Positions 18,960 to 27,859 of a stretch of DNA of 64,000 nucleotides are shown piece after piece. The stretch covers positions 202 to 64,201 of the forward strand of contig JBDNIW010000012.1 of the NCBI GenBank assembly GCA_041688155.1, given 5' to 3'. This DNA comes from Minisyncoccota bacterium. Its GTDB lineage: Bacteria; Patescibacteriota; Minisyncoccia; Phycocordibacterales; UBA918. The translations under genes and the position numbers were made by a program. Numbering within the stretch: position 1 is the first letter of the stretch; each line of letters starts with the position of its first letter. The notes under the pieces were generated by a model. It had not been told where the DNA came from. It saw nothing but the letters and a program-made list of their open reading frames with translations, and ran no database searches.

Positions 18960-19574
18960 ATGTCAAAAGCCCCCCACCAAGAACGAACGTTCGTTATGTT
19001 GAAGCCTGACGCTGTCCAGCGCGGTTTAATCGGTGAAATCATTCAGCGTTTTGAAGCGACTGGTCTGAAATGCTCAGCGCTGAAAATGTTTATGGCTGAA
19101 GAATCAACTCTGTTTGCCCACTACAATAAAGATGAAGCTTGGTTCATGAAAAAAGGAAATGGAATTGTTGAGAATCTCAAAGAGCAGGGCAAGCCAGTCG
19201 AGAAAGAAGCGATGGAGTACGGTAAAGATATCATTCGTCAAAACGCTGTGTTTATGATGCAGTCACCACTGATTGCAATGGTATGGGAAGGAAACAAAGC
19301 CGCTGCCGTTATTAAAAAACTGGTTGGCTCAACCGAGCCATCTACTTCAGATGTGGGTACTATCCGCGGTGACTACACCGTTGATTCATATTCTCATGCG
19401 GCGTATGAAGACCGAGCAGTACGTAACCTGATTCACTGTACTGACCCTGAAGATGGTCTTGAGGAAGCCGAACGAGAAATCGCACTGTGGTTCGACGAGT
19501 CAGAAATCATGTCGTATACTACCGCCCAAGAAGCCATCATGTACGACGTGAACCTCGATGGAGTACCTGAGTAA
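18960..19574 (+). CDS. ndk: nucleoside diphosphate kinase with two internal insertions (204 aa against about 140)
   Basis: NDK signatures ERTFVMLKPDAVQRGLIGEII and active-site NLIHCTD. Extra segments lie after ...HYNKDEAW and before AVRN. Confidence 0.85.
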   Translation: MSKAPHQERTFVMLKPDAVQRGLIGEIIQRFEATGLKCSALKMFMAEESTLFAHYNKDEAWFMKKGNGIVENLKEQGKPVEKEAMEYGKDIIRQNAVFMMQSPLIAMVWEGNKAAAVIKKLVGSTEPSTSDVGTIRGDYTVDSYSHAAYEDRAVRNLIHCTDPEDGLEEAEREIALWFDESEIMSYTTAQEAIMYDVNLDGVPE

Positions 19575-19933
19575 CAAGTAGCCGATACAATCACCTGACC
19601 GACGTGTCAGGTGATTGTTGTTTAGTAGCCTAGAATCGGTAAACCCAACCCAACCCAGTCAATGTATTATAGATGATACACAGATTGAGTTGTGGCGATT
19701 TGTAGGGAAGGAGTGAGTGTGTCTGCGCCAGCTGGGCGCGGCTGATTTTATTGGTCGGTATCTTGTGCTAGTATTACTAGTGGAGCTACATTACGTATGT
19801 TCTCAATACTCTATCGCAGGGCTGCCTGGTCTCAATGTTTCGTGCTGAATGCCATTAAGGGCGATCAAATATTCGGAACAGATATGGTGCCCACCTGATC
19901 TTTAGTTCAGGGCATGCGTCTGTAGCTCCATAG

Positions 19934-19962
19934 AAAAAGTCCGGCTTTGCGCCGGACTTTTT
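19934..19962. terminator. perfect hairpin aaaaagtccggc-tttgc-gccggacttttt
   Basis: Textbook bidirectional rho-independent terminator in the ndk to RNase intergenic region. Confidence 0.8.
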
Positions 19963-20080
19963 CGTGTCTGCTGGTCGAGTTAACGTATATTGTTGTAGTA
20001 CAAATACTCCAATCGATTGGAGTATTTTGTCGCTCATTGTATCCAGGTAGTTTCAGTTCCCCCGACCACAATGCGGTATA

Positions 20081-21454
20081 ATGCTGCTAATGTCTTCTAC
20101 ACTTGGGTTCTATGGCGGGGTTGGGTCGGTTACTGGGGCTAATTTTATGCTGGATACCGGCGAGCAGGCATTCCTGGTCGACTGCGGGTTAGTGCAGGGG
20201 GATCGGTTTGCGCAAGCGAAAAACGCCGAGCCGTTTGCCTACGATCCAGCCAAGGTCGACGTGTTGTTTGTCACCCACGCCCACGCCGACCATATCGGCC
20301 GCATCCCCAAACTCGTTCGGGACGGGTTTCGCGGGCAGATTTACTCGACGGCAGCCACCCGCGACCTCGCGCACATTATGTTTGAAGATGCGCTACACAT
20401 CATGCAGCACGAGGCGGAGCGTGATAATCGTCAGCCACTCTATAATGGTAAGGATATCGACCTGGCGATTGGGATGTGGGAAGGGGTGACGTACGACCAG
20501 CCGATTGTTTTGGGCGACACCACGGTGCGATTTACCGACGCGGGGCATATCTTGGGGTCCGCGATGGTGACAATGGAGCGTTACGGCAAGAGAATTGTTT
20601 TTACCGGGGACGTAGGCAACATCCCACAGCCACTGCTGGCTGCGCCAACGGTTCCCAAGGACTATGATTATATGGTGATGGAAAGTGTCTATGGTGATCG
20701 CGTCCACGAGGAGGTGGATGAACGAACGGCGCTACTCAAATACCACATCGAGGAAACCATCCGCAAAAACGGTACCCTGATCATCCCAGCGTTCTCACTC
20801 GAGCGGACCCAGGGCATATTGTACGAGATCAACAACATGATTGAGTCTGGCGCCGTGCCGTCAATCAAAACGTACCTCGACTCACCGCTGGCAATCCGCG
20901 TGACTGACGTCTACCGTGACTCGACCGAGTATCTGCGAGATGATGTACAGCAACAAATTGAGGGCGGTGACGACATCTTCTCGTTTGAGGGACTGTCGTT
21001 TACCGAAACCATGAAAGAATCAAAACAAATCGCAGCGTTTGGTGGTCCCAAAATCATCATCGCTGGCAGTGGGATGAGTCATGGTGGTCGCATCCGTGAG
21101 CACGAGAAGCGGTTCTTGGGTGACGCAGCCACCACGCTGCTCTTGGTCGGGTACCAAACAGTGGGGAGTATCGGACGTCTACTCCAAGACGGCGCCAAAC
21201 AGGTCTGGATAGATGGCACTGACGTGCGAGTTAAAGCCAAGGTGGAGACCATTAGGGGCTTCTCAGGCCACGCTGACCGCAACCAGCTGATTGACCTGGT
21301 GTACCAGGGGACAGAGGACTACAAACCCAAACAAGTGTTCGTCACCATGGGGGAGGAGCGAGCCTCCCTGTTCCTCACCCAACGCCTGCGCGACTACCTA
21401 GGAATAAACGCCATTGCCCCCGAACCAAACGCTGAGATTGAGATTGATTTTTAG
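20081..21454 (+). CDS. MBL-fold beta-CASP ribonuclease (RNase J / CPSF-like)
   Basis: HAHADH zinc motif. The domain order MBL then beta-CASP fits. 457 aa. The true start may be ATG at 20090. Confidence 0.75.
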   Translation: MLLMSSTLGFYGGVGSVTGANFMLDTGEQAFLVDCGLVQGDRFAQAKNAEPFAYDPAKVDVLFVTHAHADHIGRIPKLVRDGFRGQIYSTAATRDLAHIMFEDALHIMQHEAERDNRQPLYNGKDIDLAIGMWEGVTYDQPIVLGDTTVRFTDAGHILGSAMVTMERYGKRIVFTGDVGNIPQPLLAAPTVPKDYDYMVMESVYGDRVHEEVDERTALLKYHIEETIRKNGTLIIPAFSLERTQGILYEINNMIESGAVPSIKTYLDSPLAIRVTDVYRDSTEYLRDDVQQQIEGGDDIFSFEGLSFTETMKESKQIAAFGGPKIIIAGSGMSHGGRIREHEKRFLGDAATTLLLVGYQTVGSIGRLLQDGAKQVWIDGTDVRVKAKVETIRGFSGHADRNQLIDLVYQGTEDYKPKQVFVTMGEERASLFLTQRLRDYLGINAIAPEPNAEIEIDF

Positions 21455-21485
21455 GTATGGCAGATAAATCATTATTTAGGTCTAG

Positions 21486-21510
21486 TCTAGTCTAGTCTAG
21501 TCTAGTTTGG
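21486..21510. repeat. (TCTAG)5 pentanucleotide microsatellite immediately 5' of the next gene
   Basis: Five perfect tandem TCTAG units. Confidence 0.9.
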
Positions 21511-21912
21511 TTGATAGCTGGGGTTGGAGTGTTTATTTACGCGACAATCGGCATTCTAATTGAGAATGTGCCCGGTGTCGAAGCACTTATATTGTGGCTC
21601 GAGACATTGGTCGGTGTATGGGTTGTACTGGCGGTATTTGTGGCGATTATTATTGAGGGGTTGTATTTCGTCGGTAGTTTCTTTCCGGGATTCTCGGTAG
21701 TGGTATTGCTCGCGATACTGTCACAAACCGACAGTTTGGCTCTATTTGTCTCAACCATTCTAGCTATTTTTCTAGGTTGGGTGATCTCAGGTGCCGTAAA
21801 TATTTACTTTGCTAAAAAGTACGCCGTTGAGGTAGATCATCCCGTCTCAGCCCGGGACTACCCATTGGCTACCTGGCTACCATCATTTCGAGCGAATCAA
21901 GAAGTGGCGTAA
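21511..21912 (+). CDS. DedA/SNARE-associated-like membrane protein (hypothetical)
   Basis: 133 aa hydrophobic protein with an alternative (non-ATG) start in the track. Family call is weak. Confidence 0.4.
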   Translation: MIAGVGVFIYATIGILIENVPGVEALILWLETLVGVWVVLAVFVAIIIEGLYFVGSFFPGFSVVVLLAILSQTDSLALFVSTILAIFLGWVISGAVNIYFAKKYAVEVDHPVSARDYPLATWLPSFRANQEVA

Positions 21913-21915
21913 ACT

Positions 21916-22131
21916 GTGGCTGGAATAGCTCCGTTGCGAGTATTTATTAATTCTACGCGCATAAAGTTATGTGCCAGTTTGTTTATGGCGGTGATTGTAC
22001 TGGTATTAGCTCAAACGCTAGATATAAATGAAATAAGTAATGACGAAGGGTTTGCTACTTTATATGTTTCAGCGTCAGTTATGTTGATTGTAGGGATTAT
22101 GCAATTAAGAAGATATTATTTTTTAAAATAA
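21916..22131 (+). CDS. hypothetical small membrane protein
   Basis: 71 aa with two hydrophobic helices. Confidence 0.3.
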   Translation: MAGIAPLRVFINSTRIKLCASLFMAVIVLVLAQTLDINEISNDEGFATLYVSASVMLIVGIMQLRRYYFLK

Positions 22132-22366
22132 CCGCTATGAACCTGCCGTCAGAAATTGAAGCTGCATTGGACAGGTGTGTTTCAGTGGTTGACAGGATGG
22201 AATACCAAGCACGTAATGGAAATAGACGGGGAAAGGTTGGAGATTGATTACACTGAATACAACGAGGTGCGGTGGGTAACTATTGATGAGGCTTGAGTGC
22301 TGGTGACAGATTTCGTAAACCTACAGGCGTTAGATCGATTGGAGAAACTCTAGCAAGCAATAATTT

Positions 22367-22406
22367 CAACTGTACAGTTGAAATGTACAGTTCATTATGC
22401 TATAAT
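22367..22406. promoter_or_regulatory. putative operator and promoter of the TA operon: perfect palindrome CAACTGTACAGTTG plus a TGTACAG repeat, then TATAAT
   Basis: 14-bp perfect palindrome at 22367-22380, half-site repeat at 22385-22391, -10-like TATAAT at 22401-22406 just 6 nt before the ATG. Confidence 0.5.
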
Positions 22407-22412
22407 CTAGCT

Positions 22413-22667
22413 ATGCCTGAAACTATCTCATCAACTAAACTACGTGCGAATCTTAAAGATGCATTGCGGCACGTTAAGGAAAGCAAAAAGCCTCTGATTA
22501 TTACCGAGCGTGGTGCCGCCACCTCAGTGATTTTAGACATTGCTGAGTATGAAGATGTTTTGATGTCTCATGACAAACAAGCCGTTGCTGAGCTGCATGA
22601 ATCCATCGCGCAGAAAAAGCGAGGAGAAGTTGTGTCGTTTGAAAGTGTCTTTGCAGATATTTTGTAG
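22413..22667 (+). CDS. type II antitoxin, Phd/YefM family
   Basis: Translation MPETISSTKLRANLKDALRHVKESKKPLIITERGAATSVILDIAEYE... matches the YefM fold. Confidence 0.8.
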   Translation: MPETISSTKLRANLKDALRHVKESKKPLIITERGAATSVILDIAEYEDVLMSHDKQAVAELHESIAQKKRGEVVSFESVFADIL

Positions 22668-22668
22668 T

Positions 22669-22926
22669 ATGGCGTTTACGTTTGTATTTACCCAACTCGC
22701 CAAAAAACAAACCGATAAACTCGACACGCTGACTCGCCGCAGGATTGCCAAAAAATTACAGCAACTAGCTCAGTATGACGACCTGTCACACATTGCAATT
22801 AACTTAGAAGGCCAGTTTGCAGGCAAGCAGCGTATTAGGGTGGGCACGTACCGAATCATATGTGAAATCGAAGTGGATATTGTTACGGTCCTACGAGTGG
22901 AGCATAGGCGGAAGATATATCAGTAA
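22669..22926 (+). CDS. type II toxin, RelE/ParE family
   Basis: Starts 1 nt after the antitoxin stop. RVGTYRIICEIEVDIVTVLRVEHRRKIY matches the RelE/ParE C-terminal consensus. Confidence 0.8.
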   Translation: MAFTFVFTQLAKKQTDKLDTLTRRRIAKKLQQLAQYDDLSHIAINLEGQFAGKQRIRVGTYRIICEIEVDIVTVLRVEHRRKIYQ

Positions 22927-22982
22927 GAATACAAAAAGACCGACACGTTACGTGTCGGTTCTTTTTATTCTTACTGCTTGGC

Positions 22983-23330
22983 TTACTTACTCGCTTCGGC
23001 TACGACTCGACTGAATGCTTCTGGGTTCTCTACTGCTAGGGTAGCCATGATCTTTCGATCGAGAGCGATTTCTCGCACTTTTAGCAGGTTGATGAATCGG
23101 CTGTACTTGATGCCATGTTCCATCAGGGCAGCGTTGATTCGCACTGTCCATAGCCGTCGGAAGTCATTCTTTTTGTCTTTACGGTGCGCAAACGCGTAGG
23201 TTTGGGCGTGGTAGATTGCTTCGCGCGCTTGGGCTTTTTTGGTTGAGCGTCCGAACCGATACCCCTTTACTTCATCGAGGATGTTTCGTTTTCGCTTCTG
23301 GGCCATCAGGCCTCCTTTTACTCGTGCCAT
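22983..23330 (-). CDS. rplT: 50S ribosomal protein L20
   Basis: Translation MARVKGGLMAQKRKRNILDEVKGYRFGRS... matches L20. Confidence 0.93.
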   Translation of the reverse strand: MARVKGGLMAQKRKRNILDEVKGYRFGRSTKKAQAREAIYHAQTYAFAHRKDKKNDFRRLWTVRINAALMEHGIKYSRFINLLKVREIALDRKIMATLAVENPEAFSRVVAEASK

Positions 23331-23333
23331 AGA

Positions 23334-23582
23334 TTAAGAGTTAATTACGTTAGCTTCAACCGCCGCCGCTGCAGCAGCAATTTTCTTGGCTCGGCCAGCG
23401 TTACCTGGTAAAAAGCGACGCACCAGTCTTTCTGACATACTGATGGTGTTACTTCGTTTGCGGGCTAGTCGCTGTCGACCTGTCTGGCGGGCGTTGAAGT
23501 GGTTTTGACCTGGTCGCCGAGTAACCAGTTTACCGTTCTTGGTAACCTTGATTCGTTTGGTGAATGACTTGTTTGTTTTCAT
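23334..23582 (-). CDS. rpmI: 50S ribosomal protein L35 (C-terminally extended)
   Basis: Translation MKTNKSFTKRIKVTKNGKLVTRR.... Sits between infC and rplT. Confidence 0.85.
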   Translation of the reverse strand: MKTNKSFTKRIKVTKNGKLVTRRPGQNHFNARQTGRQRLARKRSNTISMSERLVRRFLPGNAGRAKKIAAAAAAVEANVINS

Positions 23583-23666
23583 AAATTGTTTGTTTTTTGA
23601 TCGAGCTTCAAACGTGGGGGAAAGTACGTCAAAGTGGGCAAAATATACCGTATTTGGCTCCAGAAG

Positions 23667-23712
23667 TAAAGCGAAACGGAGGTGGAATTAGATGATCCCC
23701 CTCCGTTTCGCT
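23667..23712 (-). promoter_or_regulatory. strong stem-loop (13-bp perfect stem agcgaaacggagg / cctccgtttcgct) in the infC-rpmI spacer
   Basis: Perfect inverted repeat. Candidate attenuator, processing site or L20-responsive element. Confidence 0.4.
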
Positions 23713-23725
23713 ACTGCAGGGCTGA

Positions 23726-24415
23726 TTAAATCAGTCCTCCTTCAATATCAAGCAAATCATCGAGTGATTTTTTCTTAGATTTACTAGTTCCATCGTCGGT
23801 TTTGCTGGTTTTCTTGGTGGCTTTTTTCTCGGCTACTTCTTCCAGAATTTTGGGCTTATCTGACTTTTTTACCTTGCCGATACGTTCGATGGTGGCTGTC
23901 CAACCTTTGGGGCTTTTCTTCATCGGGTCAGCCAGTTTGTACTCAGCGGGGATGATTTTCATGAACCGATCGAGTCGTTCTTTGAGGAACTCAGCTTCCA
24001 TGTATTTGTAGCGCCCCCACAGGAATAGGTCGACTTTGACGCGGTGTCCTTCCTCGAGCCATTGTGCAGCGCGTCGTGCCTTCATTTGCTGGTCATGTTC
24101 GCCGGTGCCGATTTTGACTTGGACGCTTTTGGTCTCGGTAACGTGTGCTTTAGCTTTGGCGACGCTGGCTTTGCGTTTGGTGTCATAGCGGTATTGGCCA
24201 TAGTCGGTGATTTTGGCTACCGGTGGTTTGGCTTTGGGCGAGATCTCGATCAGGTCGAGCTTCATTTCATCGGCTTTTTTTAGTGCCTCAGTGAGTGATA
24301 GGGTGCCGAGGTTTTCGTTGTCGGGACCAACGACGCGCAGTTCGGACGCCCGAATAGCTTTGTTGATGCGGGTTCTGGTGTCTGGTCCGTGAAAACGTCG
24401 TTGTGGTGCTGGCAA
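23726..24415 (-). CDS. infC: translation initiation factor IF-3 with a Lys-rich C-terminal tail; apparently a non-ATG (TTG) start
   Basis: IF3 N and C domains are recognisable (...ELRVVGPDNENLGTLS...KVKIGTGEHDQQ...). Sits upstream of rpmI-rplT. Confidence 0.88.
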   Translation of the reverse strand: MPAPQRRFHGPDTRTRINKAIRASELRVVGPDNENLGTLSLTEALKKADEMKLDLIEISPKAKPPVAKITDYGQYRYDTKRKASVAKAKAHVTETKSVQVKIGTGEHDQQMKARRAAQWLEEGHRVKVDLFLWGRYKYMEAEFLKERLDRFMKIIPAEYKLADPMKKSPKGWTATIERIGKVKKSDKPKILEEVAEKKATKKTSKTDDGTSKSKKKSLDDLLDIEGGLI

Positions 24416-24524
24416 GTGAGTGGGGTTTAAAGATTAATATTACGTGTCGATGAGGCAATCAGGCCAAGTCCACCGCGACGTACTAATTGACAAAATATAC
24501 TAGGATTGGCCTTGTTTTGCAAGG

Positions 24525-25328
24525 TTATTGTTTTTTGAACCAGGGAATAAAGTAGCTGGTGGTCTGGATGTAGTGCTGGTACTCAGCTGGATAGCGCTCA
24601 AGAAAGGCGGTTTCGAGCATCGGTCCAGTGATTTTGGTTACTATGTATGTAATCACTAGTGGACTAATGATTGCGAGGTACCCAAACGGTAGTGGCAACA
24701 CCATCACGGTCAGGCCCCACCAGATGAGTGTTTCACCAAAGTAATTTGGCCGTCGAGACAGACGAAACAGCCCGCGCGTCATCAAGGTAGCTGGCTCAGT
24801 GCCAGCTACCTTGCCAGCGATAAAGCGATCGAGCTGTAGGTCTGCGATGGTTTCGTACACTAATCCAAAACAAAACACTAGGAAGCCGATCAGCACAAAC
24901 CATGGGTTATACATTGTGGGGAAGGAGATTGCCCACAAAGCTGGTGCCGAGATGATTAAAATTAGTGCAACCTGCAGCAAGTTCACTTGTAGGTAACTAC
25001 GGATAAGAAAGTATCCGCGACCTCGCTCCATCCAGGTTTGGCGCCACTTCGCGTAGCGCGCATCCTCTGGCGTGCCGAGGTTTTTGCGGAAGATTCGACT
25101 GGAGAGTCGGATGGCCCAAGCGGCGATGCAGCCGACCACGACGGTTGGTAATAATTCGGTTGTGCCAGACAGATACAGCGCGCCACCCGAGGCAATGAAA
25201 AACGCTGGCCCGTAGGCGATGTCCATGACACTGTTGTCACGACAGATACGGGCAATAATAAAGATAATCACTGAGTAGATGATGAGGATACCCCCAACTA
25301 ATCCACTGGTTGTTAACAGGTTTTCCAT
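24525..25328 (-). CDS. DUF1295 / steroid-5-alpha-reductase-like polytopic membrane protein
   Basis: RRPNYFGE motif in a polytopic membrane protein. Confidence 0.6.
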   Translation of the reverse strand: MENLLTTSGLVGGILIIYSVIIFIIARICRDNSVMDIAYGPAFFIASGGALYLSGTTELLPTVVVGCIAAWAIRLSSRIFRKNLGTPEDARYAKWRQTWMERGRGYFLIRSYLQVNLLQVALILIISAPALWAISFPTMYNPWFVLIGFLVFCFGLVYETIADLQLDRFIAGKVAGTEPATLMTRGLFRLSRRPNYFGETLIWWGLTVMVLPLPFGYLAIISPLVITYIVTKITGPMLETAFLERYPAEYQHYIQTTSYFIPWFKKQ

Positions 25329-25372
25329 ATAGTACCCTTCATTGTAGCAGATGCTATACTATAGTTTGACTT

Positions 25373-26021
25373 ATGCCTCGAGTATCCACCACATCACAAG
25401 TGCAACCAGTGGAGAAAAAACCCACCAGGCGGCGGGCCGTACCCAAACCATCGGACGATGGACATGCTTCAACCACACCAAAAAAGGTAGCTAAAAAAAA
25501 CGGCTCGTCAGACTCCTGTCAAACACAAGGCAGCGACCAAAAAATCCAACTCAGCCAAAGCCGAACCAGTTGAGGAGGTTGAAACAGTAGCGACTATGCC
25601 AGCAACAACTACCACCAGAAAAGCGCCGACAGAATTTGCTGATCAGGTAGCTCGAAAGAAAGCCACCTGTACCCAGGCGGTCGTGATTGGGGTGCTGCTA
25701 TCACTTGGAGTGGGTGCATCGGCGGCGGTTGGGTTTACCGATTCAGCAGCTGGGCAGATACATGTGGCAAAGACCATTAGCGACCGAACTGAACCGATGG
25801 CCAACATGGTGGATGTCGATGGTCCAACGATCGTTGCTCCTCGACGAAACAGCAACAACGCTCCCGACGGTGGATTTATCGGTGTGCGTCCGATTGATCC
25901 ACCAGCTCTAAAAACCGCCGCCAATCTGGCAGCCGAAGCACTGGCTACCTCGACAGTGGACATCGCCACTACTACAGCTGTGGATGGGGGGTGCGCAAGA
26001 GGAAGGAATAGACATGTCTGA
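25373..26021 (+). pseudogene. single-pass membrane protein gene interrupted by a frameshift in an A8 homopolymer (25493-25500)
   Basis: ORFs 25373..25573 and 25596..26021 become one continuous reading if the A8 run loses 1 nt (...TTPKKVAKK|TARQTPVKH...). Confidence 0.5.
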
Positions 26022-26148
26022 TCAACCCGCAGCGTCGATGGATTCTGCTACGACTACCGTGACTGCAGTGGAGTAAATTGACTCTGAAGCGGTTGTCTAA
26101 TGCACTGAACAAAGAGTGGTTCAGTGATACACTATAAATATAAACAGT

Positions 26149-27444
26149 ATGGAAGTTAATGCAGAAGAAGTCAGGGCTCGCGCTTTTTTGATTACCGTCA
26201 GTGTATTTGTCGTTTCGATTTGCGGCGTGCTACTGCTGGCTTTTTTGTACGATTTCTCAACGCTGAACCTGAGCGGTTTGTTGTTCTTGTTGGCTTTTCT
26301 GTGCTGCGTGTTGATTGCTAAAAACGTCTACGATGTTTCGAGCATAGCCCCCGTTGCAGATCAACCGATGGTGTCTAGGGTACTGGAAGCAAATCAGTCG
26401 ATGTATCTGCAACTCTATCAAAAGAGCCCAATTCCGTATTTTATGATTGATACTGTTGGGGTCATCACGTCTGCCAACACCGCAGCTGCTCGGTTGCTTG
26501 GCGTGCAACAAAAACGCGTGATTGGCATTAATATATTTGAAATAATCGAAACAAGTAGCGTCGAGCACAAAGACACCTTGATCAAAAAATACACCAGTGG
26601 GGTTGGTGTGAGTGATGAATTGGTGCGATTGCGTCGCTCTGATCATCGTGAGGTGTGGGGCTTGCTCTCACTCTTTCAGTTTGTTGCGAGCAATCAGCAA
26701 CCTCAGGGGCTTCTCACGCTAGTTGATATCACGAAGCAAAAAAAAGCCGAAGACGCCAAATCAGACTTCGTCTCTTTAGCTTCTCACCAGTTACGGACAC
26801 CACTGGCGGGTATGAAATGGAGCGCAGAGTTGCTCGAGATGGACAGCCCGGAAACATTGACTCAACGACAGCGTAAATACATGGATCGTTTACTCGAGAG
26901 TATCGCTCGTATGTCGGTGTTAGTGGACGATTTTTTGCGCGTATCGCGGTTCGAGTTGGGGAGTTTTACTGCTGACTACCAGCCGGTCAATCTGCCACAG
27001 CTGTTAGCTGCAGTGATTGAAGAACTTGACCCAAAAATAAAACAAAAAAACTTAGTACTGCAGACAGATTTTGATCCAGCTATCATCACCATCGTGAGTG
27101 ACCCCAATTTATTGCGGATGGCTATGACTAATCTGTATGGTAATGCAATCAAATACACACCAACAGGTGGCAGTGTGCGGTTGTCATACCAAGAAGTAAA
27201 CGGTCTACTCAAAATAGAAGTCGCCGACTCTGGTATAGGAATACCCCAGGTTGATCAAGAGTATATTTTCTCTAAGCTGTTCCGAGCAACCAATGCTCGA
27301 CGCGATGTGCCTGATGGTACTGGGTTGGGATTGTATATTGTTCGTGAAGCAGTGTCGGTCCTGCGTGGAAAAGTAACCTTTACCTCAATTGAGGGTCAAG
27401 GGACCGTGTTTACTGTTCATATCCCACTAGAGGCGGTGGAGTAA
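26149..27444 (+). CDS. sensor histidine kinase (membrane anchor, PAS-like domain, HisKA, HATPase_c)
   Basis: H-box SHQLRTPL. N/G-box motifs NLYGNAIKYT, DSGIGI, GTGLGL. Confidence 0.85.
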   Translation: MEVNAEEVRARAFLITVSVFVVSICGVLLLAFLYDFSTLNLSGLLFLLAFLCCVLIAKNVYDVSSIAPVADQPMVSRVLEANQSMYLQLYQKSPIPYFMIDTVGVITSANTAAARLLGVQQKRVIGINIFEIIETSSVEHKDTLIKKYTSGVGVSDELVRLRRSDHREVWGLLSLFQFVASNQQPQGLLTLVDITKQKKAEDAKSDFVSLASHQLRTPLAGMKWSAELLEMDSPETLTQRQRKYMDRLLESIARMSVLVDDFLRVSRFELGSFTADYQPVNLPQLLAAVIEELDPKIKQKNLVLQTDFDPAIITIVSDPNLLRMAMTNLYGNAIKYTPTGGSVRLSYQEVNGLLKIEVADSGIGIPQVDQEYIFSKLFRATNARRDVPDGTGLGLYIVREAVSVLRGKVTFTSIEGQGTVFTVHIPLEAVE

Positions 27445-27820
27445 CAGGTAGCGCTAGTTTTTTGGCAATAATGTCCGCTAGTTGCTGCATACTCCAGTCC
27501 GGCTTAAACATCACATCTGACAGAGGTAGGTCGATGTTATTGGCTATGTTTTCGATCGATTCTGAAGCGGTGAGAACCACGATGTTGGCGGTCGCCCCCC
27601 AGGCGGTTGCGCGGATTTGACGATACACCTCGTAGCCGTTGATGTCAGGGAGGCGGATATCAAGCAAGATTAAGTCCGGGTGTTGCTCAAGTGCGATTGC
27701 CACACCGTCTGTGCCATTCGCGCTATACAGTGTGTTGTAGTTATGCATTTCTAGCATATCAATGAGCGAGTCGGCTAAGTACGACGAATCTTCAATTACT
27801 AAAATGGTTGAGGCTGACAT
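27410..27820 (-). CDS. stand-alone response-regulator receiver domain protein
   Basis: ILVIEDS...LILLDIRLPDINGYEV...: phospho-acceptor Asp context and no output domain. Convergent with the kinase, overlapping it by 35 nt. Confidence 0.8.
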   Translation of the reverse strand: MSASTILVIEDSSYLADSLIDMLEMHNYNTLYSANGTDGVAIALEQHPDLILLDIRLPDINGYEVYRQIRATAWGATANIVVLTASESIENIANNIDLPLSDVMFKPDWSMQQLADIIAKKLALPVTPPPLVGYEQ

Positions 27821-27859
27821 GTTACTAGTGTAGCATTTTGTACTATACTAGCTATATCT

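Noticed and set aside
19855-20037. 60-aa minus-strand ORF in the ndk to RNase intergenic region
   Set aside because: It spans the bidirectional terminator and a palindrome, and is most likely non-coding.
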